Below, piece by piece: positions 49,372 through 61,884 of a stretch of 64,000 nt of DNA (the stretch's first letter is position 1; each line of letters starts with the position of its first letter). The stretch comes from Azolla caroliniana. Lineage: Eukaryota > Plantae > Polypodiophyta. The notes below the pieces were generated by a model. The model had not been told where the DNA came from, did not search any database, and saw only the letters and a program-made list of their open reading frames with translations. The stretch covers positions 930,001 through 994,000 of the forward strand of contig JBHGNT010000010.1 in the NCBI GenBank assembly GCA_043228905.1. Reading direction: 5' to 3'. The translations under genes and the position numbers were made by a program.

Positions 49372-49725
49372 TGTCACGGATCATAAGCTCAAGAGACAAG
49401 TAAGAAGATAACCAAATGGACAAGAAAGAAGATAGTATTAAAGGAAAGACTCCATAACTGGTGTTGTTCACCTTGAATTCCTTCAAGGTGAACTCCTCTA
49501 TTTATACTACATGGCATGCATACTTGTTGCACGCATGTGAATCTACAATAGAGCATGTAGGTATGCATGCATGTGCCAAGTGTAAATACTACAAGGGAGC
49601 AACTATGCACATGATGCTAGCAAAATAATAAGGACCAATTATATACATAACTATGTGCTAGATATCTTGGTTGGCTCATAATACTAGATTATAACATGGT
49701 CGTGTCAAGAGTTCGAATCTTGATA
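49372..49725 (-). repeat. 5' LTR of the outer chromovirus
   Basis: Direct repeat of 38659-39012. TATAAAT on the minus strand starts at 49506. The terminal TG is mutated (plus strand tgata). Confidence 0.95.
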
Positions 49726-50240
49726 AATGGAAGGAGTAATAAAATGAAATAAAATAAATAAATAAATAAAATCTACAAAAAGGAGGAAGAGAGCTTGTTG
49801 TGAGGGATCAAACTTTTGACAATTAGGCATAGGCTTTGTTGACATTCATAGTACACTAATAATATTTTTATAGTAAATGTAAAAGTGTTCATTTTATTTC
49901 TAATAAATAAAAATATAAAACCATAGATTGACACATGCATGCTATTCGTGATATTCGCAATATTCGAGAATATATGAAATGGCCCCAAGAATTTATAAAA
50001 CCATTTGTTTTGCAAAATAAAATATAATAAAAGTTAATTATTATTAATTTTAGGAAAAATAAAGATTAATATTAATTCACTAAAAAAAGAAATATCATTC
50101 ATTAAAAGATTATGAAAATATGGTTAGTGTCAATAGAGGAGACTTGACACTAAATTAATATAAATATAATAAAAATTAATTAATTAATTTTTAGAAAATA
50201 AAAATAAAAATCAATTCACTAAATAAAAGAACAATCATTC

Positions 50241-51194
50241 CTTTTTTTTTTTTGTAACACTTTTATTACTAGTGGGAAACCGCAAAATGAGGTGAAAACC
50301 CACAAAGAATAAAGAAAAATATACAAGTGTCGATTAAACACTAAAGTGCTTAAAAGCACTCAAAGCAAAGGTTGTAAATTTGGAGTGTGATGTCTCTAAG
50401 TTGCCTCGAGGATTGCTTAAAGAAGCTAACTTCATGCAGTTGGTTTCGATCAAAGACCTTATTATTGCGGGTTGTCCAAATGGTCCAAAGTGCCCAAAAT
50501 CGTGTCCATTGGAGAAAATAGGCATTGTCGAATAAGGTGCATGGAATTTGTCTAAATATCCAAAAGTGTTTACCAAACCTTCGGCTAGGAAATCTGTGAT
50601 AAATAGATGCACTTAGTCTTTGTACAAATGTTGTAGTGAATGAACAAGTCCATAATAAGTGTGGGACTGTTTCCAACTGTCCACCACATCTTGCACAATG
50701 CAGTGAGGCTACCAATCTCTTTTGAAGATTCGACCCAGTCGGGAGCACACCCAATAAGCATCTCCATAGGAATACCCGTTGCTTAAGTGGAAGACTAGAG
50801 CTCCATAAGCTTGCAAGCCTGTTATTCCACCATGACTGTGTTTTGTGTAGGTTCCATAATGCATTTCCATGTTCGTGAAACCATGGGACAAGTTGCAACA
50901 ACATATACATTGAATGTGTTGTAATGTTATGAATTGGAATAACAATGTTCCCTTTTTGTAACATCCAATCCTGAATCCTGCGATCTCCATTGAGAGGTGG
51001 CACAAGTACTAAGGAAAGCACCAACTCAGTGACTTGATTCCATATAATGCGATGATGTGGCCCAAGATTATAACGACATGTCATGTCATTGAAGTGCAAT
51101 AAGTGACCTTGGTCATTTACCACATCTACAATTGATTTTAGCCCCTTCTTTGCTAAAAAAAAAAGCTTTCCTAGGCTCTTGTTCAGCTCAAATA
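50241..51194 (-). mobile_element. 5'-truncated L1-type LINE fragment (zf-RVT region) with poly(A) tail
   Basis: ORF 50350-51123 has FLWRCLLGVLPTG...CARCGGQLETVPHLLWTC and LWTIWTTRN. A T12 run lies at 50242-50253. A possible short TSD ATTC (50237-50240 / 51195-51198) sits within an AT-rich repeat. Confidence 0.82.
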
Positions 51195-51489
51195 ATTCAT
51201 TAATAGATTATAATAATAGAATCTCTCCTTTTCTTAGAATCTCTTTCTATACAACAAAGCAGCTCAAATCTACTCCAAGCACAAAGGGGAAGAGGATGTA
51301 GGAGTTCTAGGTGAGCATACCAACAAAATGCCTTTGAACATTGCAAGCATGAGCATCGAGTGCACATTTGAAGAAATGAACGTAGTTTCTCTTAAGGCAA
51401 GGGTGTGCTAGGGAGGCCTTTTACGAGGGCCAAGGTTAAGGGGGAGGGGGGGGGGGGGGGTCAGCGAAGAGTCTCTCGAGTTAATGCAT

Positions 51490-51800
51490 GAACAAATATA
51501 CATCCATCCAGACATTCCAAGTACAAGCATTGCATACGTAGTCAGAATATGTGAAAGGATATGTTCTTAGAGCAAGGAATGCCAAAGGAGTCAAGGCCAA
51601 GGAAGGCTTCACCAGGCTCGAACAAAATACAACCATCCCAGACATTCCAAGTCCAAGCATTGCATATGTAGTCGGAATACGTGGAAGGATATGTTCGTAG
51701 AGCAAGGAATGCCGAAGGAGTCGAGGCCAAGGAGGGCTTCACTAGGGCGAGCCCGAGCCCGAGCCCGAGCCCGAGCCTGAGCCTGAGTGTGAGCCTGAGC
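51490..51800. repeat. 130-bp tandem duplication followed by a (GAGCCC/T)n hexamer run, immediately upstream of the DTW gene
   Basis: cagacattccaagt.caagcattgcata.gtagtc occurs at 51509 and 51639; gagccc/gagcct reiterations at about 51748-51800. Confidence 0.85.
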
Positions 51801-51896
51801 TGGAGCCAAGGGCCTTTCTTGGCTTAAGGTTATAGAAAGAGTTATGTTAATGGTGATCCTCCCCCTCATCATATACATATGTATATGCATAGTTTC

Positions 51897-54800
51897 ATGA
51901 GTCACCCAACAACACTTCTGTGCAGGCCTTTAGGAACAGGGCACCCTGCTTGGCTGCACAAACTCTCCATCTTTCCCAGACGAGCATGTGAGAATCATCA
52001 CAAGCCCTTTTCCTCTAGAATCCCCATGCCTTTGGGAACCCTGATCACATCAGAACCAGAATGCACACAGACCAATCCCCCTCCTTCGGGGGATGCTATG
52101 GATGTCCGAGATCTGTCTCAGAGCTGGAAAGCATTTGCAAGATCCACAGATTTGCCCCCTCTGGTGAAGAAACTCATGCTTGAAGTCGTGTCTCTTGAAT
52201 CGGAACTCGGCGAAAAGCTTGTTTTCGGAGGACCTCGTGGTAACCTGCAGGTGCAACCCAAGTTATATATTTGTATATTTTCATGGTTTAGAAAGGTTGG
52301 CTGTGATCAAAGCATGACACATTATTACTATGATTGAATTTGCATACAATTTATTGAATGGGGCTTGTGGTGAAACTCTTCTAGTGCCATTAACCTTTAT
52401 GTTATTGTGGCACCCCCTCAATGTCAAATTTATTCAAGAATCATATTGGCATGGAAAGAAGTTTGAGAGTAGATTCATATATGCGTTTCTTCATGAAGTT
52501 TAGAATGAGCAAAGTAATGAGTTTTTGTTTGCTACATACTTTGCTGAAAGGGTGTATTGTGCACCAAGGGTATCATATAGATTGTAGAATACAACATTAA
52601 AATCATGACAATAGAGATTTCTGTGATGGAGGTTACCCAAAGCCTGCGTCTTTTGTTTGAGATTGTGGATGGCTACTGAAACTGAAAGGTTTTCATTGGA
52701 AAGTGACATAGTTATACACTTTCAGGCATCCAGTGAGTTATATCTACCTAGTGTTCATGAATCTAAATCTGAACTTTGGTTTACTTAATATTTAGGAATT
52801 GATACTTGTCTTAGGATGATGGATAAGTACTTCATTAGGAAGATAATACTATACATTTTGAACTTCGTTGTATATATTTAGTTATCATTTATGCTGGATA
52901 TCCTTGTCATATTAAATTTGAATTGTCAAGACAATGTTGATGATCAGTCTTGTGAGCAATATTCATTTCCTTCATTCCAAGTATATGTTAAAGTAGGCAC
53001 TCATGGAGTAAAGTTGAACCAAACTCCGGGGAATGGATAATAAACAACAAAATTAGTCTTTGTAAGCTAAGGTATGATTGATGTGGTGTGTGAATTCCCC
53101 AATAAGTAAGTTAATTCTAATGTTGTTAACTCTTCCATCAGGGTCGAGCTAAAGCTGCAGAGGAGCATAGGCACAGGGCCTTCTATGGGCATCTTCCGGA
53201 TGGTGAAGAAAAGCTGCAATTCTATTCAGCTCGACAAATTGCATGTAGAATCCTGGGGAGCAAAGGATATCTTTGTGAAAATGTATTTCCTTTTCTAGTA
53301 CCCGTTGTCTTGTATACCACAAAGTTTGCAGGTTATAAGAGAAATTTATTAAAAGGATACCCACAACTTTTTGAATATTTGCCACAATAGCCCCCAGAAG
53401 TCCCTCTCTAATACAGTTTTTGGAAGATGAGGAGTGTTCTGTAATTTTGACATTCAAACAATATTCTGATAAATATATTCAGATAAAAAATATGTATTTC
53501 AATCTTGATAGAAGTAACAGCTGTGTTCAGAAGTTATGAACCTTGCTTTTATCAAGATGTTAATGATCTTTGTTTCAATAATTAACATATTGATTTTGAA
53601 ATGGCATAGGAGGAGAATGATAAAACTCTTTTGATGTATATGCAGTGTTGGCTCCCATCTTTTGACTGCATTTGCAAAAAAGTAGAAAGATTGTCACTTT
53701 GGCCAGGTGTTCAATTCTGGCTCTATATGCATCCAAAGGTAAATTAATTTAAGAACTTCCAAAATTTACAAATGACAGATGGTGTTCTAATATTGTTCAT
53801 ATTTAAGCTACAAAAAAATGAAGCATTCTCTATATAAATGGGAACTTCCCCTGAATTTGTTTTTCAGGATTTTTTACGGAAAAACAATTCAGGAAAGTTG
53901 CTTTGGCAAACTTTTGGCGAAGATTCTGCACGCCTATGTATCTTTGGTATACAAGAACATGAGGATATCATGTGGGATGCTCTCAGAAAGTCAGGTTTTT
54001 TCTTTGTTCTTGCTTATTATTCAAATGAAAAAAACCATATATGATCGATTCATTTTACTAAATTGTACCTTCATGTGTATAGGCCAAGGATTGGTATGGT
54101 ATCTTTATCCAGAACAGAGCCCAACAGACTATCATGTTGATGATATCAAAATTCCCAAGGAGTTAGCATGTCAAGGGGTTCCTACTGTAAGAAAATAAAA
54201 TTCTAAATTGCTATGGTAAAATCTGTTTTGTTTCCTTCTTTTTTATTGACCTAATGGATACAGGAAGTATACAACCCTATTTTGAACTTCATACTGATCG
54301 ATGGAACATGGAGCAATTCCAAAGCAATGGTTAACCGCCTCCAGGTCTTTGGCAATCATCCCTTGCGTAATAATATCATTAAGTTAATTGAGAGCATTAA
54401 CTGAATTCCAAACTGCATAATATTTCTGTCTTAGGACCGTGCAAAACAAGCTTGGCCGGACCAACCATTTATGAATTCTGTTTCATTATCTCCTGAAAAG
54501 CTTTCAGTGCTACACAATCTCAGGTAAAAATAAATGCTAAAAACAAGTTATATGGAGCAAGTTGAGATTTTCAAAAAATTGCAAGTCTTTTAAAGTGTAT
54601 TCGCAAAAATAGATGGTTTTTGTATTTGCTCTGACATGTCACACTTTAAGCTTAGTTATTCTGAAGATGCTGAGAATCAAACTACTTAAAACAATGTGTT
54701 GTGTTCCTGCTTAATCAAGCTGTACGGGAGTTTAGTTAATTAAGCATGCGATTCTTTGTGTTTTCGAGCAAAAGAGTGATTACATTTTAGCAAATTCAGA

Positions 54801-55112
54801 AGTGGTATTTTTGCAAATTACACAAACAATAAGTGGAACTTTTTTGAAATAAAAAGAATATCTCTGAAAACAACAAACACTATCTATGCTTTGAAAAACA
54901 TGTTCTCCTCTAGGCCGCAACCATCTTTGGATCGGACATGCACTGCAGCTGCTGCAGCACAGTTGCTCCGTGAGTTAGACTTGAGGCAAGGATTCAAACA
55001 TTACGGACTCACTGAGGCTGCTGATGGCTTGGAATATGCATTGGAACACCTTCTTGATGCATTGACTACTAGGCGTGAACGAATGGGTCGTGCGATTATC
55101 CGGTACTTGTAG
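51897..55112 (+). CDS. DTW-domain protein (tRNA-uridine aminocarboxypropyltransferase, TapT/DTWD family), 8 exons: 51897-52250, 53142-53282, 53646-53738, 53868-53994, 54083-54186, 54264-54344, 54435-54523, 54914-55112 (about 395 aa)
   Basis: The spliced product has CENCWLPSFDCIC, LYMHPKDFLRKNNSGKL, YLYP, FILIDGTWSNSKAM (the DTW motif) and LRPQPSLDRTCTAAA. All junctions are GT-AG and in phase. The start codon is uncertain (51879, 51885 or 51897). Confidence 0.9.
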
Positions 55113-55756
55113 TGCATTTGCCACCTCACTGGTGGTTTTTAATGATCCGTTTCGTTTTTGCATTGGATTGGAGACTTCATCATGCTTTTCCTCCCAAGGA
55201 AAAACTACCATGCACTGTGAGGCAATGTGGATTCTTTACATACAGAAAGAGTGTAACAACATTCTCCATTGCAATGCAGTTTTGTGAGTAAATTTCAACA
55301 TGATCGTTACATGCGTAAAAGTGTTAACAAGATTGTTGATGCAGTTCAAGATGGGTTCATCTCTCAAGATTATTTTGTGAATCCATTCATTCCATCGAAC
55401 GCACCTTACTATGATGTTTTGTTAGTAAAGTATAAGTATATTAGTTCCATTAATTGCATATTAATAGTTCTATATTTTTACATGAGTTATAAGTAGTTAT
55501 AATAGAAGCTCAGCATGTTGCAAATAAAACATGTTTTCGTTGTTTTATACAGTCTTGTTATTTGGTGAAAAATCAAATTTAGGCAAGATGGTTATTGTCT
55601 CTAAGAACTTTGTTGCTTTTGATTGTAGCATGAAATATTATCCCATACTATTGTTTTAGATACTTGTTGTATCATGGGAACTTATGTTAATAACCATTCT
55701 AATAGATTAACCATGGTTTATACATTCAAGTAATTTCATTTTATGGTTTTTAATTA

Positions 55757-55916
55757 GGGCAAAGTACCAGGATACCCCTGGAAGTTCGTCTATTTTTTGG
55801 ACATAGGGGTAGTTTGGTAAATTTGGAACTTCCAGGGGCATTCTAGTAAATAGACGAACTTCCAGGGGCATTCTGGTAAATAGACGAACTTCCAGGGGTA
55901 TCCTGGTACTTTTCCC
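55757..55916. mobile_element. Mutator-like MITE, 160 bp
   Basis: 39-bp TIRs GGG(C/A)AAAGTACCAGGATACCCCTGGAAGTTCGTCTATTT (1 mismatch). 9-bp TSD TTTTAATTA at 55748-55756 and 55917-55925. Internal 30-bp tandem units. Confidence 0.92.
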
Positions 55917-58900
55917 TTTTAATTATTGATGGTGATTATGGGTAGGAAAAATGAACAAATTTAGGTAATTCCTATTAACTATCAAAATGTCAAGAAGGAA
56001 ATTTGTAAGGGTATTGATTAGAAACGGTTGCAAGCACTATATTAGCATATGTATCAGTGAAACACCTTTTGATATTATGAGGCAAATGTACATTATAATA
56101 GTTGTAGGTGTCATGGGTTTCTTGGATTTCCTGTGAACAAAATGTGAAAAATGATGGTTCATAGACTAGCTTATTTACTACTTAAAAATCGAGGTGTACC
56201 AAACTTTATGGCATGAAAACTCAAATCTTCCCTTCTATTTAATGGAAATCATATTTCCAATCAAATATGATGTATGAAAACTAAATATGATTATGTACTT
56301 TGACATGTAGGCGTGTTATTGCACTTGTTAGGGAGGCTATAAGAAACTTGGATTGGATGTTAAATTATCTATGTGATTGCACTTGTTAGGAAAACTACAT
56401 GAAACTTGGATTAGAGTATAATTAATTTGATTGCTAGGATAATTAAGCTATATTGTCTTAATTAGGACAATGAGGCTAAGTAACCTAATATTATAAGGAT
56501 TGACCGAGGCATATACAAACGGTTTTGCAAAATAATTGTACTTTTCAAAAGATGTACACATAAACAATTTCTCATGTGTTTGGTACAAAGTTCACAAACC
56601 TCACATCACCTTAAATGATGTGAGAAAGAAAGTGGCAGAAGAGTAAAAACAGTATTTGAAAGAGGTGCAACCGAAAGTGGTAGAAGATAAGAGGAAAAGT
56701 ATTTGAAAGAGGTGCAACCAATGATCAATCCTAGAAAGGAGAAGTGAATTCCATCAAGAAGAAGATGAGAGAGACATATAGGTGGTGCACAAGATAGTGG
56801 GAATTTACATGGTCAAAATCACAGCCTACAATGGGGTCGTATAACACTCAATATCAGTTTATGGGATATGAGGCCTCCTCTTTGTGAAGTTCTAAAGGAG
56901 GTAGGAAACAAATAAGCTAACTATAAACATATATGTCATTAGAAAATTGGGAAGCTTCTATGATGATTGATCATTCCTATCAATGTGATGTTGACAACAT
57001 TGCAAACTTGGGTTCAAAAAAACACAGCAAAAAAACAAGGACAAGTGCAACATGCGGGAGGGAGGCCTCTTTGAATGATGAAATGACCATTGAGGGTTGG
57101 GTACCTTACAAGAGTTTAGGTGGTATACAATAAAAGTTCCAAAAAGTATTGAGCGAAACAAAGAACTTTCTGACGGGTTGGTGGCAAGTCTAGAAAGAAA
57201 GAAGAATACATTAACATCTTTTAGGAGGCCAAAATAGCCAATAAGACCAAACAAGCGATTACATTGTAAGTGTTGCCTCGCCTTTGAGAACAACAAATGA
57301 AAATCATTGCTAATAAGTAAAAATGTAACTAAGATAAAAAGTGACCAAAGAATTTTGTTATCAGTACATGTAAGATTTTCTATTAAGATATATACTGTAA
57401 ATATCGTCATTGAAAGACCTCTAGCACAGGTTGATTTAGAATGGATAAGTCTCCAAAGCAAGGGAATCACTTGTGGTGGTGGCAGATAATGGGGTTTATC
57501 TATCGATGACAAAGGAGGGAGGGTGGGTGGGGGATGAGCACATAGTTTAGTGACAATAAATGAGAAGAAAACCTCACCATCGAATGAATTAAAGAAGTGT
57601 GACACCCACAAGCATAGTACGTAAAATTCGTGTTCGTCTAGTATAACATTTGTTTTCCTACGTTGGAAAATGAATGCGAATGTTATTCAAACATTCTTGT
57701 GTTTTGTTTTTGTTTTTTTCCCATTTTTTGAATGTTTTTTTTTCCATTTTTAGGCTTATCTACCTCATAATAAATAGTTAATCCAAAAGTATGGTATTTA
57801 TCATTCTTTGAGGGTGTTTTTCTTTCGTGAATGATTGAACCATTCGCGAATGAGAATGCATGTATGGTTCATACTATGCCCACAAGAACCATTGTATTTA
57901 TTTGATAACATATAACATTAAAATAGCGATTGGGAGTGTCTGGTTTCGGCTCAAACCAGTTGAGGAGGCTCAAACTAGAGCCATTTAAAGCCAGCCCAGA
58001 TAAGAAAATTGAAGTTTAAACAAAAACCTCGCAAACTCATTTAAATTGAACCATCTATTACCAAACCATTTGGCCATGAAATAAAATTCAAAACCATGAA
58101 ACTTTAAAATGTAAAAAATAAAAACATTGAAGAAAAGGGAAAGATGGTTTACATATTGAATTAATACTATAAAATTGACACTAAAGATCATTTAAGTCCA
58201 TGGTTTTGAGCTCGCGAAATGATTAAACGGATACAATATGAAACCTGGACTATTAATCCCTCCCAAAATCCCCTCCTTCCAAGCAAAACCAAATTGTCGA
58301 AGCCATTATGCAATTAACCATGGTTTTGTGGTTAACCGAAACAACAGTTTCAAGATCGATAAAGCATTACAGTCGGATGCATTCATTTCAAACCGAAAGT
58401 ATTAATCCCCCCTGATCCGAACCCGAAAATCGTTCAAGCCATTACATCCACGGTTTCACGATTTATAGTACATATTGGCTCGATGCGGGCAAAGGGAGGC
58501 CGGGTCGCAGATTGCTGTGTCTGTGTGTGGGAGAGAGAGAGAGAGAGAGAGACAGAGAGATAAGGGTGAAGAAAAGAGAGGAATGCAGTAATGGCTGTGG
58601 GTCCCCAACAAAGACACACACACACACACAAAAGTATGTATAGGACAAAAATGATTGGGCAGGCAGGCAACCACCCAAAATAGGCTGAGTCAGCTGAAGG
58701 CAAGATCTAGCAAGCAAAAGGAAAGGAAAGCTTGTCTTCATTAGGGGCAGTGTCCTGCCTCCTACTATATGTTTATCAGATCTATTGTACCCAACACTCA
58801 ACTTTCCCCTGCTCTCTTCATTCATTCATCATCATCATCATTGTTGCTGCTGCTGCCTTCCCCTTCTCCATCCATCCATCCATCCATCCATCCATGCATC

Positions 58901-59017
58901 TTTCATCATCACCATCACCATTGCTTGATTTCTTGATTGTTTGATTGCTTGGCTGCTTGATTTCTTGATTTCTTGATTTCTTGATTGCTAGATTGCTTGT
59001 TTTCTGTCTTGGAATCA

Positions 59018-60214
59018 ATGCCCAAGCCCTGTGATGCATGCCATCTGGCAAATGCCCTGTTCTTCTGCAGGGCAGATTCGGCCTTCCTATGCATGGCCTG
59101 CGATTCGGGCATCCACACAGCCAATCAGCTCGCTTCCCGGCATGAGCGTGTCCTCATCTGCGAGGTCTGCGAGAATGCCCCTGCTGCCGTCGTGTGCAAT
59201 GCTGATGCCGCATCTCTCTGCCTCGATTGTGATGCCGACATCCACTCTGCTAACCCCCTTGCCCGCCGACATGAAAGAGTGCCTGTCACCCCCCTTATCC
59301 CCACTCATAACAGTAACTCTAACCATAATCATACCTATGATCATGAAGATAGCCTCGGAACAGCAGTTGTAGAAGGGTCACCATGGCCTTTGTATGATGA
59401 TAATGATTATCTGGATGATGGTTTTGGTGGTGTGGGCAAGACTCATGGTAACAGAGCTACTTATGGTAATGATGGCTACATGGGTAAGGGTGGTCTATTT
59501 ACTGCTTCTTTTGGTGGTGATTTCGATGAGGATCGGAAAGATCAGTTCGTTGTAACCGACAGTGTAGTTCCTGTGTATAATCCTTCATCTCGGGTGCACT
59601 TTTTTGTTAATGGATCACAACCACCTTCTCTAGGTAAATTAATGGTTGAAAACAAGAGCCTCTCCATCACTGCAGCAGCTTCACAGAACCAAAGTGTAAG
59701 TACTTTGTTACATAAATCTTGTGTGTGTGTGTGTGTGTGGTGTAAATGCGCATATCCAAGATGCGACATATGTTGAGATCCGAGATAATGTCACCAACCT
59801 GAAGTACATATATATTGGATCCGATAATTAGTATATGTTTGAAATATCCAGATTTCATCATAGATATTTGTATCTGAGATTTGACTGCTATACCTCTTCC
59901 AGATCTCTTCCACTTCTGGAGATATTGGAGTGGTTCCAGATGTGAATTACTCCTATGAAAAAGCTATACCAGCAGCGCCTTTTGCATCGTTATGTGGAGT
60001 AAAGAAATTGGAACCCAATAACAGAGAAGCTAGGGTTCTGAGATATAAGGAGAGGAGGAAGAATCGTCGGTTCGACAAGACCATCAGGTATGCTTCTAGG
60101 AAAGTATATGCTGAGAGCCGACCGAGGATCAAAGGTAGGTTTGCAAAGAGATCCCAAAGCAATATTGATGAGTTAACTTCCGATTGTGGTTTTGGAGTTG
60201 TGCCTTCTTTGTAG
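59018..60214 (+). CDS. COL: CONSTANS-like protein (two B-boxes, CCT domain, C-terminal VP motif), 2 exons: 59018-59695, 59903-60214 (about 329 aa)
   Basis: CDAC...[13 protein letters not shown]...H; [43 protein letters not shown]; [42 protein letters not shown]; GFGVVPSL. One phase-0 GT-AG intron. Confidence 0.96.
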
Positions 60215-61232
60215 CAGTTTTCAAGAACCATTAGGCTATCTCTTGTTAAGATATGACATTAATTATACTCATAAGTGTATCGTTTGTGAAGGAATATGCA
60301 TTTCCTCTTATCATTTGCGACCTTTACATGTGTGCTTATGTTTCAGCTGGACTTTTTAAGACATCAGTAAGAAATGATATGGAAATCTAAAGCAATATGC
60401 ACAACCTACATACTATTACATTATAGCAAATGTGTAGATGTGGAGATGGATCTGCTTCATCTTTACTTATAAGACATCAGTAAGAAAGTTTTACAGGAAT
60501 ATAATTGAATACACGCAACCTACACACTACTGAGAGTGTATATGTTCCACTTATGCTTGCAAATCTTTCGCCCATGGGTCAAGATTGGCCTCCTTGTAGA
60601 CGCTAAAAATTTCTAGTTGTAGGCTTGAAGCGAACCTATCAGCAAATCTGTGGTTCAGGGAAATTTCAAAGTCAGTGTTATATCAACAAATAAACAACTT
60701 GATTTAATAACTTCTAATGTGAACCCTAACCTTGGAGTCAGTGATTATCCCAGTAAATGTTCAGCAACTTGATTATGTTTTCCCTACAAGATTAAATACA
60801 GTCAACATCGTACAAAAGGTGCACCTGTGATAAACTTATAGATTTTGAAAGAAATTCTCAAGCTACCAGCCTAAAATTCTATATTGAGCAATTTGAAGAT
60901 TGTTTTATATGTTATCCAGAATATGAACCACTGCACACCCCTGCACTAACCCATGAACGAAGTGAATTCATGCATGGGCATCCATAATGCTTCAGATTTT
61001 TATATATATTTTATCTTATTCGAGTTTTTTGAAAGCATAATTGGGCAATAGTAAGCATTTTATAACGTTATTGAGCTAATTCAATGCACCAAGTTTATTT
61101 TTTAAGCATCGACTTTCATTAGGTTGAGCTCAGCTATTGTACCCCTAAAGTTTGGTTTCTAGCCAAAGATTTAACTTTCACTAGATTCAAAAGGGTTTCT
61201 CAAACAAGCCATAACAAGGGCAAGAGTATGAT

Positions 61233-61722
61233 GTGGCAAATGAATAATTTAACATCACTGACATGCCATGGTGAGCATTGTGCCACATATCTCTTTGTTC
61301 TGAACGATGATTCTGTCATACCACCACATCCATGTATGCACCAAAGTATCATCACTAGGCTCTTTTCATGATCAGCTGGAGGGATGGATGTCCAACGTCT
61401 TGTTTCATGATCAGCTGGAAAATGCCCATGAATAGATGATTCTGAATAGCCATAGCAAGTGAATTATCAGCATCACTAAGATGTCAAGGTGAATTATTGT
61501 TTGACATGGAAACGACGAGAGGATTATGAAGTGGCAGATGAATAATTGGCATCACTAAGATGTCCTGGTGAAGCACGATTCCACATATTTGTCTTTATTC
61601 TGAACAACTATCATCACTATGCTCTCTTCACAATCAGCTGGGGAAATGGGTGTCTGACCACTTGCTTCATTAAAATGACTTCAAAAATGACCATGAAAAA
61701 AAGAGGATTCTGAATAGCCATG
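61233..61722. repeat. Degenerate direct repeats (about 300-bp offset) between the convergent COL and PPR 3' ends
   Basis: gtggca.atgaataatt..catcact.a.atg and tatcatcacta.gctct.ttca..atcagctgg...gattctgaatagccat each occur twice. Confidence 0.6.
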
Positions 61723-61884
61723 TCATCCCCTCTTCATAAAGTTGATAAATTCACAATGCCCTTCTTAAAAGAGTATCATTTGTACCCTTGGAATGAATTG
61801 ACTGGATTCCTCTAAAACAATTCAGACACACAAGAAACAAGTGGGCACTTCAAATTTACTTCAATCTGGCATTATACCTCACCA

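Larger units (their letters stand above)
38659..49725 (-). mobile_element. Ty3/Gypsy chromovirus (Tcn1/Tf1-sushi-like), outer and defective element, interrupted by a nested element
   Basis: 354-bp LTRs at 49372-49725 (5') and 38659-39012 (3') with 4 mismatches. TSD AATGG at 38654-38658 and 49726-49730. PPT at 39013-39026. Domain order gag-PR-RT-RH-IN-chromodomain. Confidence 0.96.

Noticed and set aside
56958-57611. 217-aa minus-strand ORF
   Set aside because: No domain or credible start context; composition suggests the antisense of a decayed repeat.
57930-58440. AAACC/GGTTT-rich segment upstream of COL resembling hAT subterminal repeats
   Set aside because: Could not identify matching TIRs and TSD.
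58920-59000. (TTGATTTC/TTGATTGC)n repeats in the COL 5' leader as regulatory elements
   Set aside because: Indistinguishable from simple-sequence slippage without comparative data.
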